Both the position numbers and the translations under genes were made by a program. A stretch of DNA of 32,000 nt from Kiritimatiella glycovorans (GTDB taxonomy: Bacteria > Verrucomicrobiota > Kiritimatiellia > Kiritimatiellales > Kiritimatiellaceae), in contig NZ_CP010904.1 in NCBI RefSeq assembly GCF_001017655.1, forward strand, positions 2,190,001 through 2,222,000. The letters run 5' to 3'. Positions 14,870 to 24,962 of the stretch are shown here, piece by piece. Each line of letters opens with the position of its first letter. Position 1 is the stretch's first letter. The notes beneath the pieces were generated by a model, which saw nothing but the letters and a program-made list of their open reading frames with translations, was not told the origin of the DNA and made no database searches.

Positions 14870-16261
14870 TTATTTTCCCAGGCAGAAGCGCGAGAAGATG
14901 CGGTCGAGGAGGTTCTCGTGAAAGGCGCGGCCGGTGATCGCGCCGAGCGTCTCGAGCGCTGCGCGCAGGTGTTCCGCCGCGAGGTCGGCCCGGGTCTCGC
15001 CACCCTCGCTCCAGCGCGCGCAGGCCGCCTCGATCTCACGGCGGGCTTCGTCGAGCAGCGCCCGGTGGCGCTCGCCGATCACGGCATGCGGCGGCGCGTG
15101 ACGGTCGATGTTCCTCTCGAGAAACTCGGTCAGGGCGCGGCGTACGTCCTCCACACCCCGCCCCTGCGCGCAGCTCGTCTCGACCACCTCGAACTCGCTG
15201 AACGGAAAATGGAAATCCGGACTGCGGACATCGCTCTTGTTGAGCACGACGACCGTGCAGCCGGGATCGAGCAGCCCGAGCCGCGTCTCGTCTTCGGCCT
15301 CGAGCGGACCTGAGACGTCCACCACATACAGGGCGAAATGGGAGGCGCGGTGGGTCTCTTCCGCGCGCCGGATACCCTCGCGCTCGATGGCGCAGTCCGT
15401 CTCCCTCAGCCCCGCCGTATCGACCAGTCGCACGGGAAACCCGTCGAGCACGTATCCCTCTTCGATCGTATCGCGCGTGGTCCCGGAGACCTCCGTCACG
15501 ATCGCGCGCTCGTATCCGAGCAGCGCGTTGAGCAGCGTCGACTTGCCCGCGTTGGGCCGGCCGAGGATGACGACCCGCGCGCCTTCGCGCAGCAGCCGGC
15601 CCTCGTCCCAGGTCGAAAGCAGGCGGTCGACCTCGTCCAGCCCGTGCTTCAACCGCGCGTCGAGTTCTTCAAGCACGCGCGCCGGAAGTTCGTTCTCCTC
15701 GAAATCCAGCGTCGCCTCCACATCCGCCGCCGCATCCATGAGATGATCGTAGAGCCCGTCGAACGACCGGCTCAGCTTCCCCTCCAGCTGTTCGGTCGCC
15801 GCGCCGGCGGCGCGGTCGGATTGCGCCCGGACCAGATCGCAGATCGCCTCGGCCTGCACGAGGTCGACCTTACCGTTGAGAAACGCACGGCGGCTGAATT
15901 CGCCCGGTTCCGCGCCGCGCGCGCCGGCGTCGAGCACCGCGCGCAGGATGCGCCGCAAATTGATCGCACCGCCGTGTCCGTGCAGCTCGGCGGTGTCCTC
16001 GCCCGTGAAACTGTGCGGCGCACGCATCACCAGACAGAGGCCGCGATCCAGTTCGGTCCCGTCCCCCGCCACGAATCGGCCGTAGGCGAAGGTTCCGGCC
16101 TCCATCGCCGCGGGTGCCTCGCCGCGACCGGCGCGGCGGAACACGCGGCCGGCCGTGCCGAGCGCGTCCGGGCCGGAAATGCGCACGATGCCCACCCCGC
16201 CTTCGCCCGGCGGCGTCGCGATCGCGGCGATGGTCGTGTTGTTCCCGAGGCCCGTATTCAT
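14870..16261 (-). CDS. mnmE: tRNA modification GTPase MnmE (TrmE)
   Basis: TIAAIATPPGEGGVGIVRISG N-terminus, G-domain GRPNAGKSTLLNAL / DTAGLRE / NKSD, and the C-terminal FCLGK motif. Confidence 0.95.
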   Translation of the reverse strand: MNTGLGNNTTIAAIATPPGEGGVGIVRISGPDALGTAGRVFRRAGRGEAPAAMEAGTFAYGRFVAGDGTELDRGLCLVMRAPHSFTGEDTAELHGHGGAINLRRILRAVLDAGARGAEPGEFSRRAFLNGKVDLVQAEAICDLVRAQSDRAAGAATEQLEGKLSRSFDGLYDHLMDAAADVEATLDFEENELPARVLEELDARLKHGLDEVDRLLSTWDEGRLLREGARVVILGRPNAGKSTLLNALLGYERAIVTEVSGTTRDTIEEGYVLDGFPVRLVDTAGLRETDCAIEREGIRRAEETHRASHFALYVVDVSGPLEAEDETRLGLLDPGCTVVVLNKSDVRSPDFHFPFSEFEVVETSCAQGRGVEDVRRALTEFLERNIDRHAPPHAVIGERHRALLDEARREIEAACARWSEGGETRADLAAEHLRAALETLGAITGRAFHENLLDRIFSRFCLGK

Positions 16262-16356
16262 CCTCTCCCCCGTTCGTTCCGGCGGGCATTATGGCCATGG
16301 GAGTCCGGGAAGGAAACCCGATATTCCGGGCCACGAAGTGATCTGGGAGTATGGAA

Positions 16357-16387
16357 GGCCACAAAAAGGCACAGGAGACACAGAAGA
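16357..16387 (+). repeat. Dispersed ~30-bp intergenic motif, copy b (GGCCACAAAAAGGCACAGGAGACACAGAAGA)
   Basis: It lies between divergent mnmE and the HAD gene, 44 bp upstream of copy c. Confidence 0.8.
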
Positions 16388-16400
16388 GGTTTTTTCCATC

Positions 16401-16424
16401 GGCCACAAAAAGGCACAGGGGACA
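16401..16424 (+). repeat. Dispersed intergenic motif, copy c (GGCCACAAAAAGGCACAGGGGACA)
   Basis: It is in tandem with copy b and abuts or overlaps the first candidate ATG of the HAD gene. Confidence 0.8.
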
Positions 16425-17350
16425 TGGATGAACAGACTCCCCTTTTCATCGCGCGCCGTTTCGCGCATGCTCGGTCCATGACTGAAAATCCGCATCCGCT
16501 ATCGACGTTCCGAAGGTGTCACGACACGCTGGTCGGCATCGACTCCGACGGCTGCGTCTTTGACACCGTGGCGCACAAGCAGCACGTCTACGTCCAGCCG
16601 CTGATTATCGAATACTGGGGGCTCGAAGCGGCGGCCGACCGCGTACGCGAGCTGGCGGATCACATCAACCTGCACTCCACGCACCGCGGCGGCAACCGGA
16701 TCGCGAACCTGCTTCACCTCTTCCTGGCGATGCGTGAGGACCGGGAGATTCGTCGTTCCGGCGCAACCCTGCCGCCCGTCGATGCACTGCGCGCCTTCAT
16801 CGAGGCCGGTCATCCTCTGAACAACGAGGCGCTGGAGCGCGAGGCGCGGCGCAGCGGCGACCACGAGTTGCAGAAGGTGCTCGACTGGAGCCGCGAAGTG
16901 ACCCGCCGGATGGCGGAGGAGATGGAACCGCTCCCGCCGTTTGAACACGCGGCGGAGGCGCTGCGGCTGATCGCGGAACGTTCGGATGCCGTCGTGATTT
17001 CGCGCACGACCGAAGACGCGCTGGTACGCGAATGGACCGCGAGCGGGCTGCACGGGCATGTCGATGCGATCGCGGGCCAGGAACGCGGGGAAAAGGCGGA
17101 CATCCTCCGCCAGGCGGATCGGGACTATGCTCCCGGGCACGTCCTTGTGCTCGGCGACGCCCCCGGCGACCTGCGTGCCGCGCGCGAGACCGGCGCGCTC
17201 TTCTTCCCGATCCTGCCCGGCCGCGAGGCGGAGAGCTGGCGGCGCTTCATCGACGAGGGATACGAGCGGTACCTGAACGGCACCTTCGCCGGCGAATACG
17301 AGCGCGCATGGATTGAGGATTTCCGGTCGCAACTCGGCCGGGAGGGGTAA
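16424..17350 (+). CDS. HAD-superfamily hydrolase
   Basis: HAD motif I in LVGIDSDGCVFDT, and a later VLGDAPGDLRAA (motif IV-like). The start is ambiguous, either the ATG at 16424 or the ATG at 16478 (MTENPH). The track ORF from 15338 is an antisense-of-mnmE read-through. Confidence 0.6.
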   Translation: MDEQTPLFIARRFAHARSMTENPHPLSTFRRCHDTLVGIDSDGCVFDTVAHKQHVYVQPLIIEYWGLEAAADRVRELADHINLHSTHRGGNRIANLLHLFLAMREDREIRRSGATLPPVDALRAFIEAGHPLNNEALEREARRSGDHELQKVLDWSREVTRRMAEEMEPLPPFEHAAEALRLIAERSDAVVISRTTEDALVREWTASGLHGHVDAIAGQERGEKADILRQADRDYAPGHVLVLGDAPGDLRAARETGALFFPILPGREAESWRRFIDEGYERYLNGTFAGEYERAWIEDFRSQLGREG

Positions 17351-17360
17351 GCGGCGGTCC

Positions 17361-17390
17361 TTGAAAGATTACAATAAACCGCAGGATAAT
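17361..17390 (+). promoter_or_regulatory. Candidate sigma70-type promoter for tolC-macAB (TTGAAA-N18-GATAAT)
   Basis: It is an AT-rich island in a GC-rich context about 150 nt upstream of the tolC-like start. This is a pattern match only. Confidence 0.3.
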
Positions 17391-17540
17391 TCGTTGGGCG
17401 TGATGATGGGTCAGGGAAAACTCCGGGCATCGCGGGTGGCTGCGGATTCAATCTGCACTACCGTCACCCTGAGGGCTTTTCGGCGTCCACCCCGGATCGA
17501 GTCGAAAGCGGGAGAACATCAAAATTACACCGGGAGAAGC

Positions 17541-18887
17541 ATGGGGGACGCGAGCCGGATGATCAGATCTATCGTTTTTTTTATCATGTCCGTCGCGACC
17601 TGTGCGGCCGGCCGTGATTCCTTGGACTGGGAGGCCTGTGTACGACTCGCGGAACAGCACCACCCCCGGCTCGTGGCGGCACAGGCCTCTGTGCGAGCCG
17701 CGCAGGCGGGCACGGACATCGCCGAATCTTCAACCCTGCCTCAGCTTTCGGTGAGCGGCAGCGGGCGGTACAGTGAATCGGGTGGCGCAGGGGTTCCGGC
17801 CACCGGCCGCGAATCCTACGGCGCCGATTTCGGCGTCAGTCAGAACCTGTACAGCGGCGGCGAAAACCGGGCGCGTATCGATTCGGCGCGCGCCGGGCTC
17901 GAGGCCGCGATCCGCTCTTACGAAATCACCGCCGCCGAGGTGACCCTCGATCTCCGCCGCGCCTTCATCGAGCTCCTCTACGCGCAGCAGCAGGTGGCGC
18001 TCAACCGTGGCATCCTCGACCGCCTGATCGGAAACGAGAAGCTCGTGGAACTCCGCTACGAGGGCGGCCGCGAACACAAGGGCTCGCTGGCCCTGAGCCG
18101 TGCCACCACCTACGAGGGACGCACCGACCTGGCCCAGGCCGAGCGGCAGCGGAGCATCGCCCGCGAGAACCTCGCCCGCACGATCGGACTCGACCACGTG
18201 CCGCCCGCCCTGGCCGTGACGGGCGCGTTCGAGGTCGACGGCACCCCGGTCTGGAGCGGGGGGCGCGAGCTCGCCCGTGCCACGCCTGAATTCTCGCGCC
18301 GCCTGGCCCTGCTCGATCAGTCGGAGGCCGACCTTCGCTCCGCGGAAAGCGGCCTCCGGCCCGACCTCGATCTGACCGGTTCGGCCGGCCGGGCAGGCGA
18401 GGACCTCTATCTCGACGAATACAGCTGGTCGGCCGGAGTACGCCTCTCGTTCCCCTTCTGGTCCGGCGGACGCGAACGCCATAGAATCCGGCAGGCCGAG
18501 GCGGGGCTCCTGCAGGCCGAGGCCGAAGTGCGCAATACGCTCGATGCGCTCACACGTACACTCGCCGACGCCTACCGGTCCTACGCGGACGCGGCGGAAA
18601 ACGTCGAGGTACGCACCCGTTTCCTCGAGGCCTCCGAACTGCGCGCCTCGATCGCCCGCCGCCAGTACGAGAGCGGACTGCTCAGTTTCGAGAACTGGGA
18701 CATCATCGAGAGCAACCTGATCCAGAACCGCAAACAGCTTCTCCAGAGTCAGCGCACGGCGCTGATCGCCGCCGCACAGTGGACGAGGGTCCGGGGTCTC
18801 AACGCCTTCGACCGCGCTGCCGTTCGGCGGAAGGAATCGTACGACCGGCGGGAGGCGCGGCCTGCGCAGAGGACGGAGGGGCCGTAG
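17541..18887 (+). CDS. TolC-family outer-membrane efflux protein
   Basis: ATG at 17541 is preceded by GGGAGA. It has a signal-like N-terminus (MIRSIVFFIMSVATCAA), two OEP-type repeats (LSVSGSGRY...QNLYSGG and FPFWSGGRERH), and sits in an operon with macAB-like genes. Confidence 0.8.
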   Translation: MGDASRMIRSIVFFIMSVATCAAGRDSLDWEACVRLAEQHHPRLVAAQASVRAAQAGTDIAESSTLPQLSVSGSGRYSESGGAGVPATGRESYGADFGVSQNLYSGGENRARIDSARAGLEAAIRSYEITAAEVTLDLRRAFIELLYAQQQVALNRGILDRLIGNEKLVELRYEGGREHKGSLALSRATTYEGRTDLAQAERQRSIARENLARTIGLDHVPPALAVTGAFEVDGTPVWSGGRELARATPEFSRRLALLDQSEADLRSAESGLRPDLDLTGSAGRAGEDLYLDEYSWSAGVRLSFPFWSGGRERHRIRQAEAGLLQAEAEVRNTLDALTRTLADAYRSYADAAENVEVRTRFLEASELRASIARRQYESGLLSFENWDIIESNLIQNRKQLLQSQRTALIAAAQWTRVRGLNAFDRAAVRRKESYDRREARPAQRTEGP

Positions 18888-18957
18888 CGTCGCGCCCCGG
18901 GCAAGGGCCCGGACCTATTTGCGGCCCCGTGGCTGAACACACATCAGGGAAACGGAC

Positions 18958-19914
18958 ATGAAGAAAATTCTTTGGATCCTAGTCCTGGGAGGAATCGGCT
19001 TCGCGACGTGGTGGTTCCGGTTTCGTGAACCGGAGCAGACGGCGGACCGCACGCGGTACGAACCCGTGGAGCTGATGCGCGGCCGCATTGAATCAACGAT
19101 TGAAACGACGGGGATCGTAGAGCCTCAGAACCGGATCGAGATCAAACCGCCGATCGGGGGGCGGGTGGAAGAGATCCTGATCGAGGAAGGCGATACGGTC
19201 GAGAAGGGGCAGATCCTATCCTGGATGAGTTCGACCGAGCGCGCGGCACTGCTCGACGCCGCGCGCGCTCAGGGCGAAGACGAGCTTCGTAAATGGGAAG
19301 ACATCTATAAGCCTACCCCGCTGATCTCCCCGCTCGCCGGAACCGTGATCGCGCGTAACACCGAGCCCGGCCAGACCGTGACCACCGCCGAACCCGTCTT
19401 CGTCCTGTCCGACCGGCTGATCGTGGAGGCACAGGTCGATGAAACGGACATTGGCTCGGTCGAACCCGGGCAGCATGCGGGAATCACGCTCGACGCCTAC
19501 CCCGGCATCGCGGTCACCGGAACCGTGCGCCAGATCGCGTACGAGGCCACCACGGTGAACAATGTCACCATCTATGAGGTCGATGTCGTGCCGGTCCGCG
19601 TACCGGACTGCATGAAGAGCGGGATGACCGCCTCGCTGCGGTTCATCGTCGCCGCGGCCGACGACGTACTGACCCTGCCGGTCGATACCGTCCAGCACCG
19701 CGGAGAAAAGAAACTCGTGCTCGTGGATGCCGACGACGACCCCGCGACGCCGCCTGAGCCCCGCGGGGTGCGGACCGGTCTCTCGGGGGACGGGCGGGTG
19801 GAGATCCTCTCCGGCCTGACCGGAGATGAACGCGTGGTACGGCCCGCGTTCGAGGTTCCGGCGGTGGACCGGGGCAGCGGCAGCCCCTTCATGCCCAAAC
19901 GAAAAAAGAAGTAA
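18958..19914 (+). CDS. macA: Efflux periplasmic adaptor (membrane fusion protein, MacA/HlyD family)
   Basis: It has an N-terminal TM, a biotinyl-lipoyl-like motif (GRVEEILIEEGDTVEKGQIL) and a beta-barrel region, and lies between the tolC-like and macB-like genes. Confidence 0.8.
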   Translation: MKKILWILVLGGIGFATWWFRFREPEQTADRTRYEPVELMRGRIESTIETTGIVEPQNRIEIKPPIGGRVEEILIEEGDTVEKGQILSWMSSTERAALLDAARAQGEDELRKWEDIYKPTPLISPLAGTVIARNTEPGQTVTTAEPVFVLSDRLIVEAQVDETDIGSVEPGQHAGITLDAYPGIAVTGTVRQIAYEATTVNNVTIYEVDVVPVRVPDCMKSGMTASLRFIVAAADDVLTLPVDTVQHRGEKKLVLVDADDDPATPPEPRGVRTGLSGDGRVEILSGLTGDERVVRPAFEVPAVDRGSGSPFMPKRKKK

Positions 19915-19922
19915 ATCACGCC

Positions 19923-21911
<1,989 letters not shown>

Positions 21912-21929
21912 ACACAGATCTCCACAAGA

Positions 21930-22335
21930 GGACGGGGTGGAACCCGTCCCTCCACACCGACCCCGCGGGAACGGACGGGGTGGAACCCGTCCCTCCACAC
22001 CGACCCCGCGGGAACGGACGGGGTGGAACCCGTCCCTCCACACCGACCCCGCGGGAACGGACGGGGTGGAACCCGTCCCTCCACACCGACCCCGCGGGAA
22101 CGGACGGGGTGGAACCCGTCCCTCCACGCCGACCCCGCGGGAACGGACGGGGTGGAACCCGTCCCTCCACACCGACCGCAAAGAGGACGGGGTGGAACCC
22201 ATCCCTCCACGCCGACCCCGCGGGAACGGACGGGGTGGAACCCGTCCCTCCACACCGACCGCAAAGAGGACGGGGTGGAACCCATCCCTCCACGCCCACC
22301 GCAAAGAGGACGGGGTGGAACCCGTCCATCCAGAG
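21930..22335 (+). repeat. Tandem array of 10 x 40-43-bp hairpin repeats
   Basis: The hairpin GGACGGG-GTGGAA-CCCGTCC starts at 21930, 21973, 22016, 22059, 22102, 22145, 22185, 22228, 22268 and 22308. It is followed by CTCCACACCGACCCCGCGGGAAC (43-bp type) or CTCCAC(A/G)CCGACCGCAAAGA (40-bp type). The array fills the whole spacer between convergent macB and the M48 gene. Confidence 0.95.
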
Positions 22336-22347
22336 GAGATCGTCCAC

Positions 22348-23172
22348 TCAGGGTTCGGGCGTCCCGCTCAAATAAAGCTCCCGGGCCCGCGGGAGCAGCG
22401 CCTCGAGCTGCTGGACGCGTTGGGGAGCGGAGGGGTGGGTGGAGATAAAGCTGAGCGGCGAATGATTTCGACCCTGTTCCTCGACGACCCGCCGCCAGAT
22501 GCGCACGGCGGCCTCCGGATCATAGCCCGCCCGCGCCATGTACATCATGCCTACGCGGTCGGCTTCGTACTCGGCCCTGCGAGAATAGTGGGTGACCACC
22601 ACGCCCTGGTAGACCATGAACGTCCCCGCGAGGATGCGCGCGAATTCCTCCTTCTCCTGCGACTGCGCGTAGGCGGCGCCGATCGCGAACAGGATGCTCG
22701 GACCCATGTCGCGGGTCATGGCCTCGGTGGAATGGCGCGCGTTGACGTGCGCGATCTCGTGCGCCAGCACGGCGGCCAGCTCGTCGCGGTCGCTCACGAG
22801 CCCCTTTTCACGATCCCACAGTCCTTCAAAGACCATGATCTTCCCGCCCGGCGCGGCCATGGCGTTGGCGACGTTGGTGTGGATCAGGGCGACCTCGTAC
22901 GGGAACTGCGGGATATCGGAGACGGCGACAATGCGGTCCACGATGGTCTGAAGCTCGCGAACCCGTTCACGGTCTTCGTTTACGGGAATCCCCTTTGTAC
23001 GCATCTGTTCGAGGGTCTGCGAGTAGACCTCTTTGCCGATGCGGACGTCGTCCTCCAGCGTGTAGAAATTGTACGTCTCCGCCCCGGTCACGTAATCCGT
23101 CGTCGCACATCCGCCGCACAGGAGGAGCGCGGCGACTGCGATGATCCCATAGAGCCAACTTGAATGACGCAT
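22348..23172 (-). CDS. M48-family zinc metallopeptidase, probable lipoprotein/secreted
   Basis: HEIAHVNARH contains the HExxH motif. The N-terminus MRHSSWLYGIIAVAALLLCGGC is signal/lipobox-like. ATG at 23172 is preceded by GGAGGGGGG. Confidence 0.8.
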   Translation of the reverse strand: MRHSSWLYGIIAVAALLLCGGCATTDYVTGAETYNFYTLEDDVRIGKEVYSQTLEQMRTKGIPVNEDRERVRELQTIVDRIVAVSDIPQFPYEVALIHTNVANAMAAPGGKIMVFEGLWDREKGLVSDRDELAAVLAHEIAHVNARHSTEAMTRDMGPSILFAIGAAYAQSQEKEEFARILAGTFMVYQGVVVTHYSRRAEYEADRVGMMYMARAGYDPEAAVRIWRRVVEEQGRNHSPLSFISTHPSAPQRVQQLEALLPRARELYLSGTPEP

Positions 23173-23212
23173 GGCACCCCCCTCCGGTCCATTCGCTGTT
23201 CGACGGTAAATA

Positions 23213-23238
23213 AGCCACAAAAAGGCACAAGAGGCACA
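23213..23238 (+). repeat. Dispersed intergenic motif, copy d (AGCCACAAAAAGGCACAAGAGGCACA)
   Basis: It lies 41-66 nt upstream of the M48 start, on the opposite strand. Confidence 0.7.
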
Positions 23239-23356
23239 TGTTTTCTGGAAGTCACCCTCTGCGCATTCCGGACGGAGCGTGCACTCCGGGTTCTTTGCAG
23301 ATTTTTGTGGAACTACTGAAATCGTAGCGGCTGGATTAGAAATCCGCTCGCGTCAC

Positions 23357-23486
23357 CACGTACGCGTACTCGTACTCAGCGAAGCGGTACTCGTACTCGA
23401 GTTTCTTGAACAGGGGGAGTGGGATCGCGCCTTCGGCGCTCCGAGTACGCGTACGAGTACGAGTACGAGTACGAGTAAGAGTACGA
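23357..23486. repeat. Hexamer microsatellite arranged as an inverted repeat ((GTACTC)n ... (GAGTAC)n)
   Basis: The left arm is CGTACGCGTACTCGTACTC (23359-23377) plus GGTACTCGTACTCGAG (23386-23401). The right arm is GAGTACGCGTACGAGTACGAGTACGAGTACGAGTAAGAGTACG (23443-23485). The arms are complementary, and the central loop contains a GCGCC-TTCG-GCGC hairpin. Confidence 0.85.
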
Positions 23487-23528
23487 AAACGGCGGACGGC
23501 CTTCTGCTGTCCAGCAGAATCCCTGCCC

Positions 23529-24962
23529 TCACACATTCCCCTGCAGCTGGGGATCGCCTTCCTGTTCGCTTTTGCGCCGGGCGAGTTCGAGCTGGATCTC
23601 GCTGACCCGTTCCCGCGTGAGCGGAAAGCGCAGGGTGAGCAGCAGGGCGGCCACGAGGAAGGCGAGCGGGACCAGCGCGAAAAAGCCGCGCAGGAACATC
23701 TGGGTCTGCACCCCCTGCATCGCCTGGTCGGGATTGTAGCCGGACCAGTCGATGATGAATCCGCTCAGCGCCATCACGGCCGCCAGCCCCGCCTTGACCA
23801 GCCAGGTGAAGACCGAGCCGTACATGCCCTCGCGCCGCAAACCGGTATTGAGTTCGTCGAGATCGCAGATGTCGGCCAGCATCGAGGCCGTCAGGATCCA
23901 GACGCAGCCGAGACTCGGCGAGGCCAGCACGGGGAAGATGAGCTGGAGTTCGGGGATGTCGCGGCTGAAGAGCAGCGGGCTGATGACGAATCCGAAGCTT
24001 ATGATGCACAGCCCCGCGACCAGGGTGATCCGCTTGCCCAGCTTTCGGCTGGCGTAGTTGATCAGCGGCACCGACACGATCCCCAGCACGCCGTACACGG
24101 TGTTGTAGAGGCCGAACATCTGCGAGGCGGCGTCCTTGTCCCCGTCGTAGATGCAGGCGAGGTTGAGGTAGAGAATGAGCGGGAAGACGAGGAAGATCCC
24201 CATGATGACGGTGAACACGATCGAGGCGAGCATCAGGAAATGACGGTTGCGGAAGGTGACCGCCAGCGCGTGAAAGAAGGGGATCTTGCTTTGCGACTGC
24301 CCGCGCGCCTTCTCGCGGCAGAGCCAGGCGGGCAGGAAGGCGAAGATCATCACCATCACCCCGATCAGTATGCCGACATTTCTCGCGCCTTCGATGGGAT
24401 CTTTCCCGAACATCGGCATGTTCATCATCTTCCACAGCCACGGCAGGAACAGCGCGCTGCCGATGTTCATGAAGAAGGTCTTGTACGACATCACACTGGT
24501 GCGTTCGTCGTAGTCGGAGGTCATCTCGTAGCCGAGGGCGTTGAAGGGGACGGAAAAGACGGTATAGGCGGTGAAGAACAGGAGCGAGGCCACCAGAAAA
24601 TACCAGAAGAGCTGCATCTCGGACCAGTCCCGCGGCGGCATCCACATCAGTGCGCAGAAAAGGCCCGCGAGGATCCCGCCCGCCACCAGGTAGGGGCGTC
24701 GACGCCCCCAGCGCGTGCGGGTGTTGTCGGAGATGTTGCCCATGAACGGGTCGGTAAAGGCGTCCCACAGCCGCGGGAGCGAAACCGCCAGCCCGACCAG
24801 CGTGGCGGGGACCTTGAGTTCGACGTTGTAGAGCGGCATGGCGAGCTGGAACACCACGTTGGCCATGATCACGTCCGAGACGGCGCCGAGGCCGTACGAC
24901 ATCTTCTCGCCGATGGTCGGCAGCGCCTCTCCGGCACCGGACTGCCTCGCGGTTTTACTCAC
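23529..24962 (-). CDS. MFS glycoside-pentoside-hexuronide (GPH):cation symporter family sugar transporter
   Basis: It has the GPH signature LWDAFTDPFMGNISDNTRTRWGRRRPY and is polytopic. A GTG at 24962 is preceded by GGAGG and overlaps the upstream stop by 8 nt. An alternative start is the ATG at MSYGLG. Confidence 0.8.
   Translation of the reverse strand: MSKTARQSGAGEALPTIGEKMSYGLGAVSDVIMANVVFQLAMPLYNVELKVPATLVGLAVSLPRLWDAFTDPFMGNISDNTRTRWGRRRPYLVAGGILAGLFCALMWMPPRDWSEMQLFWYFLVASLLFFTAYTVFSVPFNALGYEMTSDYDERTSVMSYKTFFMNIGSALFLPWLWKMMNMPMFGKDPIEGARNVGILIGVMVMIFAFLPAWLCREKARGQSQSKIPFFHALAVTFRNRHFLMLASIVFTVIMGIFLVFPLILYLNLACIYDGDKDAASQMFGLYNTVYGVLGIVSVPLINYASRKLGKRITLVAGLCIISFGFVISPLLFSRDIPELQLIFPVLASPSLGCVWILTASMLADICDLDELNTGLRREGMYGSVFTWLVKAGLAAVMALSGFIIDWSGYNPDQAMQGVQTQMFLRGFFALVPLAFLVAALLLTLRFPLTRERVSEIQLELARRKSEQEGDPQLQGNV

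Noticed and set aside
16357-16424. Sigma-54 promoter inside the dispersed motif (it contains GGCAC)
   Set aside because: The -12 element is missing. The sequence after GGCAC is AGGAGACAC, not N5-TTGC(A/T), on either strand.
17420-17475. Possible tRNA (TGCGG-ATTCAAT-CTGCA resembles a T-arm)
   Set aside because: I found no matching acceptor stem, D-arm or anticodon arm at the required distances, so this is most likely a chance hairpin in the tolC leader.
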